A DNA stretch of 64,000 nucleotides from Eledone cirrhosa (Eukaryota): assembly GCA_964016885.1 (NCBI GenBank), contig OZ024746.1, forward strand, positions 45,446,001 to 45,510,000. Reading direction: 5' to 3'. Position numbers and translations under genes: made by a program. Shown in pieces: positions 51,930-64,000 of this stretch. Each line of letters opens with the position of its first letter. Position 1 is the first letter of the stretch. The notes under the pieces were generated by a model. The model saw nothing but the letters and a program-made list of their open reading frames with translations, was not told where the DNA came from and made no database searches.

Positions 51930-53900
51930 ACTGCAAAAAATAGGTTTCATGTTGGTAACATCTGTGGATTCTCCAACAAGGGATAGTTTGGGTGATGCTA
52001 ATGATTACTTTTATTCCAGCCTCATAGTAGACATGCAAAGTACCCTGGCAGTATACAAACACATGATATTAAGCAACCTCAATGCCAGAATTCACTCAGA
52101 TGCATGTGTCCTAGGGTTATTTGCAGAAATGATCAGTAGAATGCATGGACTATTATTACTGCAGCTATGCATGCAAAGGTATCAACTCACTATATCAAAT
52201 AGTGTCTTTGAACAGCTCATGTCGAAGGTCACTTGGCTACACCTACTGTCTAAAACATGTCATCAAATAGACTTCATGATCATTAATCAAAGTGACATCA
52301 AAGATGTTCATTGACTTCTGCAATCAGAGGTTGGAGATCTGAACATGACATACATCATATGGTTTGCACAAAGACAAAACTACTCACTGACTGAAAGCAC
52401 AGAAAAACAGGTTGATGGTTATTTTTATGGCAACATTTTTGGATGTAAATATTACATCAAGGAACAGCAATCTGAGGCTGAACTAGAGAGTGACACACTT
52501 ATTTTATTTTAATAACTGTTGATTAGGTGAACCATGCAGGGTTAGTTGAGGGCTAATCAAGCATGCCTTATCCAATACAACTAAAACAACTCTAGGATAT
52601 AAATAACAAAAGATACATAAAAATTGGTTTGAGGAGAACAAGGAAGTTATTGTAACTCTCATCACTGAAAAAATAAAATTTAAATTTCAGTTCTAGTCTT
52701 GAATCACAAGAGAAAAATACAAACATACCATAAGCTACCTAGAATGAGAATTCCCTATCTGACTAAAAAAAAATGAATAACACATAAGGGAAAGCTAAAA
52801 TCAACAAATTGAAAATGTTATTGTCAAATATGATGCTGAATGTGTGTTTACTTGCAATCTATTATATACCCAAATATTATTCAAGGAATATGTGACCAAA
52901 AGGATAGAAGGTAAAATGGGGGGCTTAAATATGCCATCTAAACAATGTGTTGATTAGCTGCCTCGGCTTATAAATGGTGTTTAGATTTTTTGCCCATTTC
53001 TCGGACATAAAATTGGGATAGAGATTATATTCACAACAGCTAATATTTGAGTATATACAGTAACTGCACTGCTACATAATGATAGAATTACCTCCATTAT
53101 AATGAATCAGATGGGTGCTGATGGATTCCAAACAAGCAATGGAGTGTAAAAGGAATGTATTTAGAAGCCTCTATTTTTTTTGTTTTTGTATTTTTTTTTA
53201 GTGCTATATCTGAAGAACGTTTCAGGAGTGCTCAACATTATATTCCACGTAAATTGTAAACTATTCAATATCAGAAGACTGAAAGGCAACAGAAAAGCCA
53301 AAACAACCACCAAAATATGTTAATTATTTAATATTGAAAATTGCACCTTTGTTCAATTCAACAAATCAACAATTAATTATGGCCTTTTGACAAACACCAG
53401 CATGACAGAAGTTATATTATAGAACATCTTAGACTAGCCTGCTGCTACGCCAGCCATCAGAATCAGCTGCACCACACTGCAATCCCCTAAATATTATAAA
53501 TACCGAGAAAGTAACAACATATTTGAGATTAAAAAAATAATAGCGAACAGACTGTCCAAAACCAACACCAATTATGGTTCTCTATGAAATTATGTCTTCA
53601 ACAATGACGATATTTCTGTCAATATCAAACTGGCTGTACACAAGACAGTGTTGATGCCTATTACTTCATCTATGTGGAATCTGAACTTTATTCTGGAGAC
53701 CACCTATAACAACATAAAAACCCCTCTACCAAAGAAAACTACTGCACATACTAAGAAGCCAGTGGTTCTACTGTAAAGAAAGAGCATCAGTATTGAAGAC
53801 ATGAGAATCAAAACCCTATTGCAGAGGGTGTGACACCTTATATGTGTGTTTGACACCTGACTTTCATATACCCTCTTTCACTCTGAGATAGAAACAGAAT
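51930..53900 (+). pseudogene. Ancient RTE/BovB-like LINE remnant
   Basis: ORF 51913-52314 retains APE-like motifs (FYSSL, NLNARI, LTISNSVF, TWLH..HQIDF); a GV(K)xGC-like RT remnant near 53140. Confidence 0.6.
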
Positions 53901-56900
53901 CCCATGACAGGGATAGCAAAAGAGACTCAGAGATCGATTCAAGCATACACAGAAATAGTACAAGATATTCAATACCTTCAATTAGGAAAAAATGACTTGC
54001 TAAATTTCCCAATGGTGCAAAAGCCATACAAACCCATTGACTATAGATCCATATTAAGAAAATCTAGTGGCAATCATCAACTGCCAGTAGAACCATGTAT
54101 TTGCTTTCCATGTGTGGTTCCAATAATGTTTTTCATAGCTACATGTATACTTACTCCCAAGCAACTAAGTGGTGTAGTGATGCATGCGTGTGTGAATGTG
54201 TGTGGGTATGTTTGGGTGTGTTGTCATGTGTCTGTGTACATGTGTGTGTACATATACATGCATGTATCAAACCTAGTATGCCATAATTAGGGATAAAACT
54301 TCTGAAACACCTAGTCATACCTGCACCTATGAATTAAAGATTTAGTTCATCTGATTGCTGTCCGTTGATCCAAGCATTGTAATGATATTTGTTTGAGAAA
54401 AATTGTGAGGAAACCCCTCAGAGGAACTGTTGTGGTAATTCAAAATGCCTGACCGTGTTGAACATAATCCAATGGGGATTCTGTCTGAGTATTACATATA
54501 GGGTACACACATCTGTGAAATACTTAAACAATTATTCAATGTATATGCAATGCAGTTGATTGAACAACTAGAACATTTGTCGTCAAAACTGATAGATGAT
54601 TTATATATAGATAGATAGTGAGTTAACCAGATAGATAGATGTATGCCTTTTGATTTACAATTTGTTTTTTCTTTACTATATTTCCTTTACTACATCTTTA
54701 CCTGTAAAATAATTCCATTTTAATGTATTAAAGTAAGATTTTTCAAAAAATACATTTATATATCTTAAATGTAAATTAAGCCATAAACTTGAAAAATGTA
54801 AAGAAAAGGAAAAAGATTGAAATAAAGATCAAATATTTTTATGGCTTAGTCAAGATAAACCTCAGTGCCCATGATGTTGACAAGAACTTCAAGACTGGTA
54901 AGTTTGATATGGTTAGTGTTCAGTTTGAACATCATCATCATCATTCAATATCCATTTTCCCTGCTAGCAAAGGTTAGACATGTCACCATAGACCAAGTCA
55001 GTAATAAAGCAGAGCTAGTGACCTCTCAGATGAATTGGTGGGCTGCATCTCATTCCTGTTACTGCACTAAATTAGGTGCTGAAGTAGGCAGGATGCATTT
55101 TATTGTAAGCAGCTGCACTAGAGAGGTTGCCATGTGTTTGATGCAGCTGAAGAGGCCTCTCAATCCTTTGTTTGGCAGGTTTTCTATGCCTAGATGCCCT
55201 TTCTATCACCAACCACATTACAGAGTGTATGCATGAGACTTGAGTTTGATCCCTCAATATGGCATCTTTGGCAAATGGCTTTACAATACTCTGAGTAAAA
55301 TTTGGTAGACCAAAACTCAATGGAAATATGTTGGATTTATTGAACCAGCAATTCAAACATCCAGTCTTGATAGATAGTCATATATTGATACAGCTTAGAA
55401 ATTAGTGTACGAGTACACATGTTTGTGGAACAGTCAACTGCCTACATATTAATTCATGAGTTGGGCATTCAGTTGTTTGAAATCACTTGAGGACGTATCA
55501 TCATGATATGAATTAATGGTTTACTCTGTTTTAAGATGATGCCATTACAGATATTATAAGAAAACAAAGAACTAATTAAAAAAACTGTGAGATGTTATAG
55601 AAGATAAGATAAAGAACTATTTTTCAGTTATGGAATATTTCATTGTTATTCAGAAATATTCTAAAATAGGAGGTAAAAATAGAAAATGTAAATGTGAAAA
55701 TATGTATTGCAATAGAAAAATATTTAACATGGTGAAATGAATATATGTCTGGAAGTTAGAAATATCGAAATTAAATTGCCTTCAAGTAAGAGAAGATAGC
55801 TGTATTAGAATATTTTTCTTTTTTACAATTATTTTGATATTGTAGGTGTTTCACAATGCAGAGCATGTAAAAAGTGTGATGACAGACAAAATAAAAATTA
55901 TATTTTCTTTAATGCATATGTAATTCTTTGTTTGCACTTCATATTTTCAATCTTTAAAATCATCCTGCTTTATATTGCCTCTGGTTCTTTGATACAAAAT
56001 CTTTGTTTTTAAAGTGTCCATATTTAAATTAAAATGTTCCTTCCATCATAATTCCAAATAAAAGCCTTCTACTAAATTATATTCTGAACACCAACCTAAT
56101 ATACTAATGAAGCAAAAAGGTTTATTATCTTACTAAATCTCCATCCAAATCTTTCATTGTTTTCAAAATTATCTAAAATACAGTCAGTGTATTTTTTTAA
56201 AAAAAACTGGTTACAAAAGGATTAATCATTGAAGTAAATTTGATAAAAGTAAAAAAAAAGGGAGAGAGTACAAAAGAAGTTTCACACAAAACAAAAACAA
56301 AACACAAAAGTTGTTTCACATTGAATCAAATAAAACAAGATGGAGTAGATTTCTTCTGACTTAAAAAAAAAAAATGTTTTCCCATAATTACATTTATTCA
56401 GTTATAATTGCTGTTGTTACCTTATTTTTTCATTACTACAGTTAATTTTTTCATTACTAAAATTGTGGAAGGCAGAATCAGCCACACAAGAACAGAAATA
56501 AATTATATTGCAGTGTTTAGTCTTGTCCCTTTAAAATCTGGCTGTTTCTCATGGATAGGTTGATAAAGGAATTCAGTATTTTTAGGCTCATTGTAAGTTT
56601 GAACACATTATATGCATCTGAAAAAACATTTACAATAGTTTGCAACAGGCTACTTGGACAAAAGTCTTTGTTTTTGCTTTAAATTGTTGTTCAAAACTCA
56701 AAAGCAAAGGAACTTCCTCATTGGTATCTTGAAAAATGTCTTAAGCAGGAGTAGCATTGGAAAGATTAAGAAAGACATATGAAAAGTGATAAGCATTTAA
56801 AGAGAATGGAACACATAGAAGAGGAAGGGCAAGAAAGACAGAGGAAGTTGTGAAGAATAAAATGAGCTTACTGGCAATGTACTATAATACATAGCATGAC

Positions 56901-57544
56901 CACATTAAAAGTAAATGTGATGAGAAATCGGAGGCAACACTGTAGAGACAATATAGTGTTTGAAAGAACTCTCCAGTCAAGTCAAGTACACAGACTACTC
57001 TGTATAGTGTTAATGGCTAGAGGCATCTATGAGGTAACAAAGCCCAAGCTATATAGTATAGCAGCACAAAAATATGTACACCCTATTAGGTTAGGAAGGG
57101 CATCCAGCAGTAGAAACTATACCAAATGTGGAAAGTAATGAACAAGGTTGATCTTAGAGTTAACATCTATTAAATAATATACATATGTGAGTTTTTCTTT
57201 CAGGGCATGCATTTATAAATATGTTTGTATGGAGGGTGAGTGTGTGAGTATTTATATGCATATAGATATATCCCTGTGAGTGTAATGAAAAAAAAAAGAT
57301 CCAAAATTCAACAGTTCAACACAAGTTCATAATTGCAAGTCAACAAATGTCTCATTCATTCTCTTGTGCATGCAAACACACAATATACATACACAGACAT
57401 ATACATATATATATTTCTTAACATTGACCTCGCTTCTAACCCACATACACCTTTTAATTATATATATATACTAGCAGCTGAAAGTTAATAATTTGAAAAA
57501 AAAAATATTATTGAAAGTTTACTATAAAGAAGCAGTATCAGGAC

Positions 57545-57576
<32 letters not shown>

Positions 57577-57790
57577 ATTTCGCTGTTAATAAACAACTGC
57601 CTTCTACAGTACGTTTCATTTAACTTACGCAGCATATTTATTTGTTTACATGTAATGTAATTCAGACTCTTCTGTACACACACAACATTTAGGAAAACGG
57701 AAACAAAATACACAAAAAAACAGTCATTTTATTTCTATCGTAATCAAGTGCGCTAAACCTATATTGTTTACATTCTGTGTTTTTCTACGG

Positions 57791-59170
57791 ATGGGTAGAA
57801 ATAACAAAATTACCATGGTGATATCCATCGATGAAATATGCGACAAAACCGGCCGATGTCCCAAGATAGAACATTGCCCAGAAGATCACATCTGCCATAT
57901 CTGTGCGGAACCCGAAAACTCGTTCCGTAATCGCTGGGTCGAATGTGGAACCTGTCGCATCTCTGTCTGCCTTCAATGCGCCACAGGCTTCCGGAGGATC
58001 CCAGGCCAAAAAAAGAGACATCATAATGCTATGATGGATGGAATATGGGAGATGGTCCAGCTAAAATCCTGGTCCTTTCAGTGTCTGGCCTGTGTGCCTG
58101 CCTCCACGAATGTTATTGATGTTATTGAAAAACAACAACAACAACAAAAACCAATGACTGTGTCTTCCTCTACCATTGTTACTGAACAACGGCAAAAACC
58201 TATGACACTGGCTTCTACTGTTATTCCTGTGGGAGAACATCAGAAACAACAACAACCCATGTCTTCCACTCCCAGTACATTTCGACACCAACAACTGGTG
58301 ACTGTGTCTTCCCCTACCATTCCCGTGGAGGAACATCATCATCACCAACAACAACAACAGCAACAACCTGCGACTGTGTCCTCCCCTGCCATTCCCTTGG
58401 AGGAACATCATCATCACCAACAACAACAACAACAACAGCAACAACCTGCGACTGTGTCCTCCCCTGCCATTCCCGTGGAGGAACATCATCATCACCAACA
58501 ACGACAGCAGCAGCAGCAACAACAACAACAACAACAACCGACCAGTACAGATTTTGCGGAACTGCAACTAATGATTTCTGCTCTGAGAAGGGAAGTTGCA
58601 GGAATAGAGGCAAGCATTCGGGTAGGACCCCACAATGAGGGGTCTTATCGGAATGCCTTGCTAAAGAATCTCCCTGTACCTCTTGCTGGAAAGACTGAAA
58701 AGACTGCGGAATCTGCTACCCATGAAGTGATTGCCATTGGGGTACCAGAGGACAAGGCCGATCTTCAGGCATTTGCTGCCAGCTCGGCCAAAGACCTAGG
58801 CTGTGTTCCCCCAAAGGGTGCCCTCTGCCTTGGTCGACCTGGTCCAAAACCCAGACTCATCAGGCTGTCTTTCTCGGACCCCGCAGAGGCAACCTCATAT
58901 CATCTGGCCTCTGCTAAAGCTGGGCGTGAAAATCGGATTACCTTCCGAACACGCCCAGGCCTACCACCCCATGTACGTCCAAAACTACGTGCTGCAGCTT
59001 CCTTGAATCGGAACTCAGCACAAGATGAAAGTTTCAGTCTGCGTGATGATGGGCAGATCTGGAGGTTTGTCAAGGCTGGTGAAACGTGGAAGAGAGATAC
59101 CAGCTGGTCTGAGTGTGATCTACCCACAATAACTGGCAATGTAAAAACTGCTACAACTCTGGGAAACTAA
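57791..59170 (+). CDS. LINE ORF1p: N-terminal PHD-like Cys finger, Q/H-rich repeats, coiled coil, L1-like RNA-binding region
   Basis: CHIC..CGTC..CLQC..CLAC; (PATVSSPAIPxEEHHHHQn)x3; LGRPGPKPRLIRLSF. First ATG at 57791. Confidence 0.85.
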   Translation: MGRNNKITMVISIDEICDKTGRCPKIEHCPEDHICHICAEPENSFRNRWVECGTCRISVCLQCATGFRRIPGQKKRHHNAMMDGIWEMVQLKSWSFQCLACVPASTNVIDVIEKQQQQQKPMTVSSSTIVTEQRQKPMTLASTVIPVGEHQKQQQPMSSTPSTFRHQQLVTVSSPTIPVEEHHHHQQQQQQQPATVSSPAIPLEEHHHHQQQQQQQQQPATVSSPAIPVEEHHHHQQRQQQQQQQQQQQPTSTDFAELQLMISALRREVAGIEASIRVGPHNEGSYRNALLKNLPVPLAGKTEKTAESATHEVIAIGVPEDKADLQAFAASSAKDLGCVPPKGALCLGRPGPKPRLIRLSFSDPAEATSYHLASAKAGRENRITFRTRPGLPPHVRPKLRAAASLNRNSAQDESFSLRDDGQIWRFVKAGETWKRDTSWSECDLPTITGNVKTATTLGN

Positions 59171-59255
59171 ACCAGAACAACCTGCCACCCTCTACACACC
59201 ATCATAAACTGCGAGCAGGGTTCAAATTGTTGTCCTTAAATGCTCGCAGTTTATG
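59161..59255 (+). promoter_or_regulatory. Putative -1 programmed ribosomal frameshift signal (slippery heptamer + pseudoknot)
   Basis: G_GGA_AAC (59161-59167) in ORF1 phase immediately before TAA. Stem 1 59175-59185 / 59215-59223; stem 2 59203-59214 / 59244-59255. Confidence 0.72.
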
Positions 59256-61992
59256 CAACAAGATACATCTGTTCGAATCCTACGTCAGAAGCATCGACCC
59301 TGACTTCATCACAGTCACGGAAACATGGGCACATTCCTTACTCTGTGATAGGGTTTTCACCATTACTGGGTACAACCTTTTCCGCAAGGACCGCATTAAC
59401 CGCCGTGGTGGTGGTGTGATGGTCTACGTTCGTTCAAACTTTTCGGTAATTCCTTGCGTTGATTTGAACGAATCACAGGAAGAAGTTTTTTTCTGTGACA
59501 TACGTATGACCATGTCAACACTTCTGCTTGGTGTTGTTTATCGCCCCCCAAACTACCATCAGGACACACAGCTTTGCGATATCCTCAGAGTTGCTGCCAA
59601 GAAAACAGCCACTTATGTGTTTATTGCAGGTGACTTCAATCATCCTGAGATCGATTGGGAAACCTTTCGTTGGCCACAGGGTGCAAACGATTTCCTTGAA
59701 CTAGTGCTGGACTCAAACTGGTCACAAGTAGTCACCTCTCCAACAAGAGGTGACAACACTTTGGACCTGATCTTCACCACTACTCCTGAAGTGGTTATCA
59801 GTTGTACTACTGAGGAACCTCTAGGCGACTCTGATCATGCTATGATCATTGCCAATCTGGCACTTGAGGGCAGCAACAAAAACCAGAGCCATCTCCAATC
59901 TGCTTGCTTTGATTGGAAGAGGGCGGATTGGAACTTGTACTGCACTGAGCTACAGCGCCCAAACTGGCATGAGATGTATAACTCTGGAGATGTGAACTCT
60001 ATACTCCAGAGCATCCTGGACTCAATATGGATAGCGTGTGCAGCATCAGTGCCACGGAAGCGGAAAAATAACCACCCCAAAAGTGCAATCTGGGAAACTT
60101 CAGCAGTCCGACTTGCCAGGAAAGAACGTCGGAACGCTGAACGGGAATATAAACTGCATAGATCAGATGCCAACAGAAAAAAGCGGAATAAATCTTCTAA
60201 CCATCTCAAGCAAGTGACAAAGAAGGCAGTGCTTGAATTTGAACAGTGCATCGCAACCAATCCTGACAGTAAGGTGTTCTGGAAATATGTTCATTCAAAG
60301 CAGAGACCTCACTCTCCAGTTGGTCCTCTTCGCAATCCCCACACAAGCCAGATCACTGACGATCCCAAGGAATGCGCAGAACTCATTGCTGAGTGCTATG
60401 CAAGTATTTTTACTGTTGAAAACCAGAATGTACCATCTCCACCATCTCTAACATCAAATTCCATAACAACTATGGAATTTACACCTGCAATGTTGCGACG
60501 TCACCTTAAGAATAAGCGCAACTATGCCTCCCCTGGTCTTGATGGTGTGACATACCTGCTTCTCAAACGTGGCGGGGATTTCCTTTTGCGCCAGCTTTCT
60601 TTTTTCTTTCAATACTGTCTCAGCAATGGTGCTACTCCGGAGCAGTGGAAAACTGCCAGTGTCATTCCCCTGTTCAAAAAGGGCAACCGCATGTCACCTG
60701 TCAACTATCGTCCAGTCAGTCTTACTAGCTGTATGGCCAAACTGATGGAATCCTGTGTCAGAGAAACACTTTGGAACTTCTGGAGCTCTCACAGCCTCAT
60801 CCGGCCCTCACAGTTTGGATTTATCCCTAACTCCAGCTGCTGTGATCAGCTTATCGAGTTCCTTGAGGACATCACCCGGATCACTGACAGCGGCTCATGG
60901 GTTGATGTTGTTTACCTTGACTTTGCTAAGGCTTTTAATTCTGTGCCACACAAAAGACTTATGGCAAAACTCTCTGCAATGGGTGTGAGGGATGATCTTT
61001 TCGACTGGCTGAAATCCTTCATTCTCAGCCGAAAGGAAGTAGTCACGGTTCTAGGACAGCATTCTTCACCATATGAGATGTCATCTGGTGTACCACAGGG
61101 ATCTGTTCTTGGTCCTCTTTTGTTTGTGGCATATATTAATGACATAGATGCCAACTTACAGAATGCCACGGTACTAAAATATGCAGATGACATCAAGCTG
61201 TACCTTGAAATCAAAAGGACTGATCCTGAAATTTACAACTCTTTCCTACAATCAGACCTGGACACAATGCAGCAATGGATCACAGACTGGCAACTGAAGC
61301 TGGCTGTGGACAAGTGTACCACCATGCATTTTGGAAGGAAAAATCCAGCGTCCACATACTCCCTCCACAACACTGACATCAAAAAGTCCTCTTGTGAACG
61401 TGACCTGGGCATTACTGTCAGCAACGATTTGCGTTGGACAAAGCATGTCTCTAAGATTGTCAAGAAGGCCGAGGGTGTCTTGGCATCACTCAGCAAGACC
61501 TTTGTTAGCCGCTCTCCAGCCATCTATTTAAAACTGTATACAGCTATGGTGCGACCACACTTGGAATTCGCATCATCAGTCTGGAACCCCTATCTTGCTC
61601 GGAACATTGACCTCCTGGAAACTGTTCAGGGACGTGCAACCAAGCGCATACCCTCCGTCAGACACCTACCATACTCTGAACGCCTTGCTTCCCTGGGCAT
61701 GGATTCATTGAAGCTCCGACGTCTGGCAATGGACTTGGTGAATACCCACAAAGTTTTTAACCATCTCGCCAACTGCAACCCTGAGCGCCTCTTTGATCTC
61801 CATGTGTCTAACACACGTGGACATGCCTACAAGATAAGAAAACAGCACAGCTCCCATGACTTTCGCAGACATTTTTTCACGCTCAGAGTTGCTGAAACAT
61901 GGAACAAACTGCCTGCGTCAATTGTTAGCTGCCGAGACACTGCATCCTTTAAGACACTCATGCTTCCCGAAATACGCCAAAACTACACCTGA
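59161..61992 (+). CDS. LINE ORF2p: apurinic-like endonuclease + reverse transcriptase (CR1 group)
   Basis: NARSL, TETW, GDFN, LDLIF, SDH; SPGLDG, NYRPVSL, YLDFAKAF, GVPQGSVLGP, YADD. Frame open from 59119 with no stops to 61992; no ATG before the APE motifs. Confidence 0.95.
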   Translation, partial: GKLNQNNLPPSTHHHKLRAGFKLLSLNARSLCNKIHLFESYVRSIDPDFITVTETWAHSLLCDRVFTITGYNLFRKDRINRRGGGVMVYVRSNFSVIPCVDLNESQEEVFFCDIRMTMSTLLLGVVYRPPNYHQDTQLCDILRVAAKKTATYVFIAGDFNHPEIDWETFRWPQGANDFLELVLDSNWSQVVTSPTRGDNTLDLIFTTTPEVVISCTTEEPLGDSDHAMIIANLALEGSNKNQSHLQSACFDWKRADWNLYCTELQRPNWHEMYNSGDVNSILQSILDSIWIACAASVPRKRKNNHPKSAIWETSAVRLARKERRNAEREYKLHRSDANRKKRNKSSNHLKQVTKKAVLEFEQCIATNPDSKVFWKYVHSKQRPHSPVGPLRNPHTSQITDDPKECAELIAECYASIFTVENQNVPSPPSLTSNSITTMEFTPAMLRRHLKNKRNYASPGLDGVTYLLLKRGGDFLLRQLSFFFQYCLSNGATPEQWKTASVIPLFKKGNRMSPVNYRPVSLTSCMAKLMESCVRETLWNFWSSHSLIRPSQFGFIPNSSCCDQLIEFLEDITRITDSGSWVDVVYLDFAKAFNSVPHKRLMAKLSAMGVRDDLFDWLKSFILSRKEVVTVLGQHSSPYEMSSGVPQGSVLGPLLFVAYINDIDANLQNATVLKYADDIKLYLEIKRTDPEIYNSFLQSDLDTMQQWITDWQLKLAVDKCTTMHFGRKNPASTYSLHNTDIKKSSCERDLGITVSNDLRWTKHVSKIVKKAEGVLASLSKTFVSRSPAIYLKLYTAMVRPHLEFASSVWNPYLARNIDLLETVQGRATKRIPSVRHLPYSERLASLGMDSLKLRRLAMDLVNTHKVFNHLANCNPERLFDLHVSNTRGHAYKIRKQHSSHDFRRHFFTLRVAETWNKLPASIVSCRDTASFKTLMLPEIRQNYT

Positions 61993-63134
61993 TGTGCCCC
62001 TTCCATACACATGCACACATGTGTGCACTGTTCATTTTACTGATGTTTGTGCATTGCCCTATGTACTGTACATGCACTTTTTTGATGGGTTGTGGTGCAC
62101 CTGGGCACTGTGCACAATATTTCATTATTGTTATTGTTATTATATCATGACTCATACACTGTTTATTTTCCTGACATTTGTACATTATTCTATGTACTAT
62201 ACATGCACCTTTGATGAGTTGTAGTGCACCTGAGCACTGTACACAATAATTTCATTATTATTATTATTATATGTATATATATATATAAGAGAAAAAACTT
62301 AATTCAAGGGTAAAGTGATATATCTTTTATAATATCTGTGAAACTATACCAGTAACTCTATGATTAGAAGTTTCATGCTTAAGGGAACTTGTCAAACTGG
62401 TATATATATATATACACACACACATACGTGCACACTCTCACACCCATGCACATAGATCTTTGTATCTTTCTTCATATCTTTCACTTTAGTTATCATCATC
62501 ATTTTCCTATTGTAAATTTTTTTTCTCTCTTCTTACAACTATTTTGGTTTACAATATTCATTGAAGAATGTTTTCACTTTCTAACCCCTCTCACCACCTT
62601 GCTTTCTCTCATTACATTCACTTTTATAACCTTGCTGCCATGATTTTGAACTTTGCAATGCACTATAGCTTATTCTTATACAATCTCATTACCATTTTCT
62701 TCATGCTCTTATCATCCCATATTACCACCATTAGCATTCTTTACTATTCTCACCCTTGCACTAACCACCTCCACCATGACTGCACCACTATCAAAACCAT
62801 ATTCCCCACTAACACCTAAACTGATATTATCACCATTAACTACTACTTCTATGACTACTTTCACCACCTTTACCACAACAAAAACAAAAACAAGTTAACA
62901 CCAAAACAAAAATACAAATATTTACTATCTGGAACACCCACTACAACCATCCCCACTACCCAGATCGACACATTAAGCTACTATTTTGCAGTAAACAACT
63001 ACCACAACGACCAACAATTGGCTACAACCACTACCATTTCAACAGTAACATCAATAGAGCTATGGAATCCCACACCAACACTATTATCGCATCACCATAT
63101 TAAGTATTTCCTCCAGCACAAACACCAACATTAT

Positions 63135-63340
63135 TGAGGATTGGTAGAACCAGTAGAGTGTCGGACACCATGCTTAGCCATATAGTTAAGCCCCTTTATG
63201 TTCTGAGTTCAAATCCCACCCAGGTTAGCTTTGTCTTTCATCCTTATAAAGTACCAGTAATGCACTGAGGTTGATTTAATCAACTTTACCCTTTCCACAA
63301 AAATTGTGGGCCTTGTGCCAAAATGAGAAACCATTATTTA
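63135..63340 (+). mobile_element. tRNA-derived SINE, main family (diverged)
   Basis: GGATTGGTAGAACC head, GAGTTCAAATCC B box, GCCTTGTGCCAAAA tail. Confidence 0.75.
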
Positions 63341-63649
63341 CTATAACTACCATTCACTACCTTCATCCACTACCACCAATACCACATCCTACTCTACTCT
63401 ACACCCTAAAAACCAATGACAATACGACCATCACCCACAACATGCTAGAAATAACAGCCAAATCTCCACTATATCACACTATCTTGTTTTGAGAAAGGGA
63501 AGGACAAATGAGATAATTTAGGGCTAGAAAGCTAAAATGCATGAAAATAATCTCTAATATTTTTCTGCATATGGGTGAATAGTTAAAATTGTTTACACTT
63601 CTTGCTTCATTCTTTGCCCAGAAAAGACGTCTAGTTAAAAAGTGTTATA

Positions 63650-64000
63650 CTAGCTGAGTAGCCCATCGTTGCTGGGCAATAATCACAATAGTATGCCTTT
63701 ATTCCATCAGACCATGTTTCCCTCAAAAGATAGTCCTCTTGATGAGGAAGGATTTCTTTATTAATTGGATCAATCTAATGTTTGTAGAAACGATGTTTGT
63801 TGTTTTTCCACCTGGTGCATAGATGTAAACATTTTTGTGACAATCTCACAGTCACATTTTTCAAGGCCAATATAGCACTTTCACTGAGCTACTTATGACT
63901 TGCAAACTGATATTCAAGATTAGGAAACATTTTTTCTGTGAGATGGAATAATGATTCCACCATTATGCCTATGAGACTTATATCAATAGTTCCCTTGCTA
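63650..64000 (-). mobile_element. Helitron 3' end (extent uncertain; may run off the window)
   Basis: Minus strand GCCCA-GCAACGA-TGGGC hairpin + TACTCAG-CTAG|T. Confidence 0.6.

Larger units (their letters stand above)
57721..62270 (+). mobile_element. Apparently intact full-length CR1-group LINE
   Basis: Two uninterrupted ORFs, 3' stem-loop GTGC-ACCTGG-GCAC and (ATT)n tail. The 5' boundary is approximate (CAGTCATT); no TSD seen. Confidence 0.9.

Overview
AT-rich, repeat-saturated animal genomic DNA. The SINE, LINE and microsatellite content resembles an octopus (coleoid cephalopod) genome; this is an inference, not a database result. It is probably intronic or intergenic, with at most one plausible host exon (11213-11299). 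Most ORFs in the track are artefacts of micro/minisatellites or antisense frames. Supported content: an apparently intact two-ORF CR1-group LINE (~57.7-62.3 kb) and a truncated inverted copy; two RTE-type LINE fragments with a PHD finger inside the RT region; decayed R4/Dong-like and BovB-like LINEs; a Tx1-like 3' end; a non-autonomous Helitron with a nested MITE (8-bp TSD); many tRNA-derived SINEs; and large minisatellites. Two things stand out. (1) The CR1 ORF1/ORF2 junction has a complete -1 ribosomal frameshift cassette: in-phase G_GGA_AAC, a 7-nt spacer and an H-type pseudoknot, while ORF2 has no usable ATG. (2) About nine short elements sit in or beside (TA)n tracts, mostly as fold-backs. 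Most carry minimal or variant hammerhead-ribozyme motifs and five share a 3'-tail stem-loop, consistent with a diverse non-autonomous Penelope-like/retrozyme system. All pairings and identities were read by eye.
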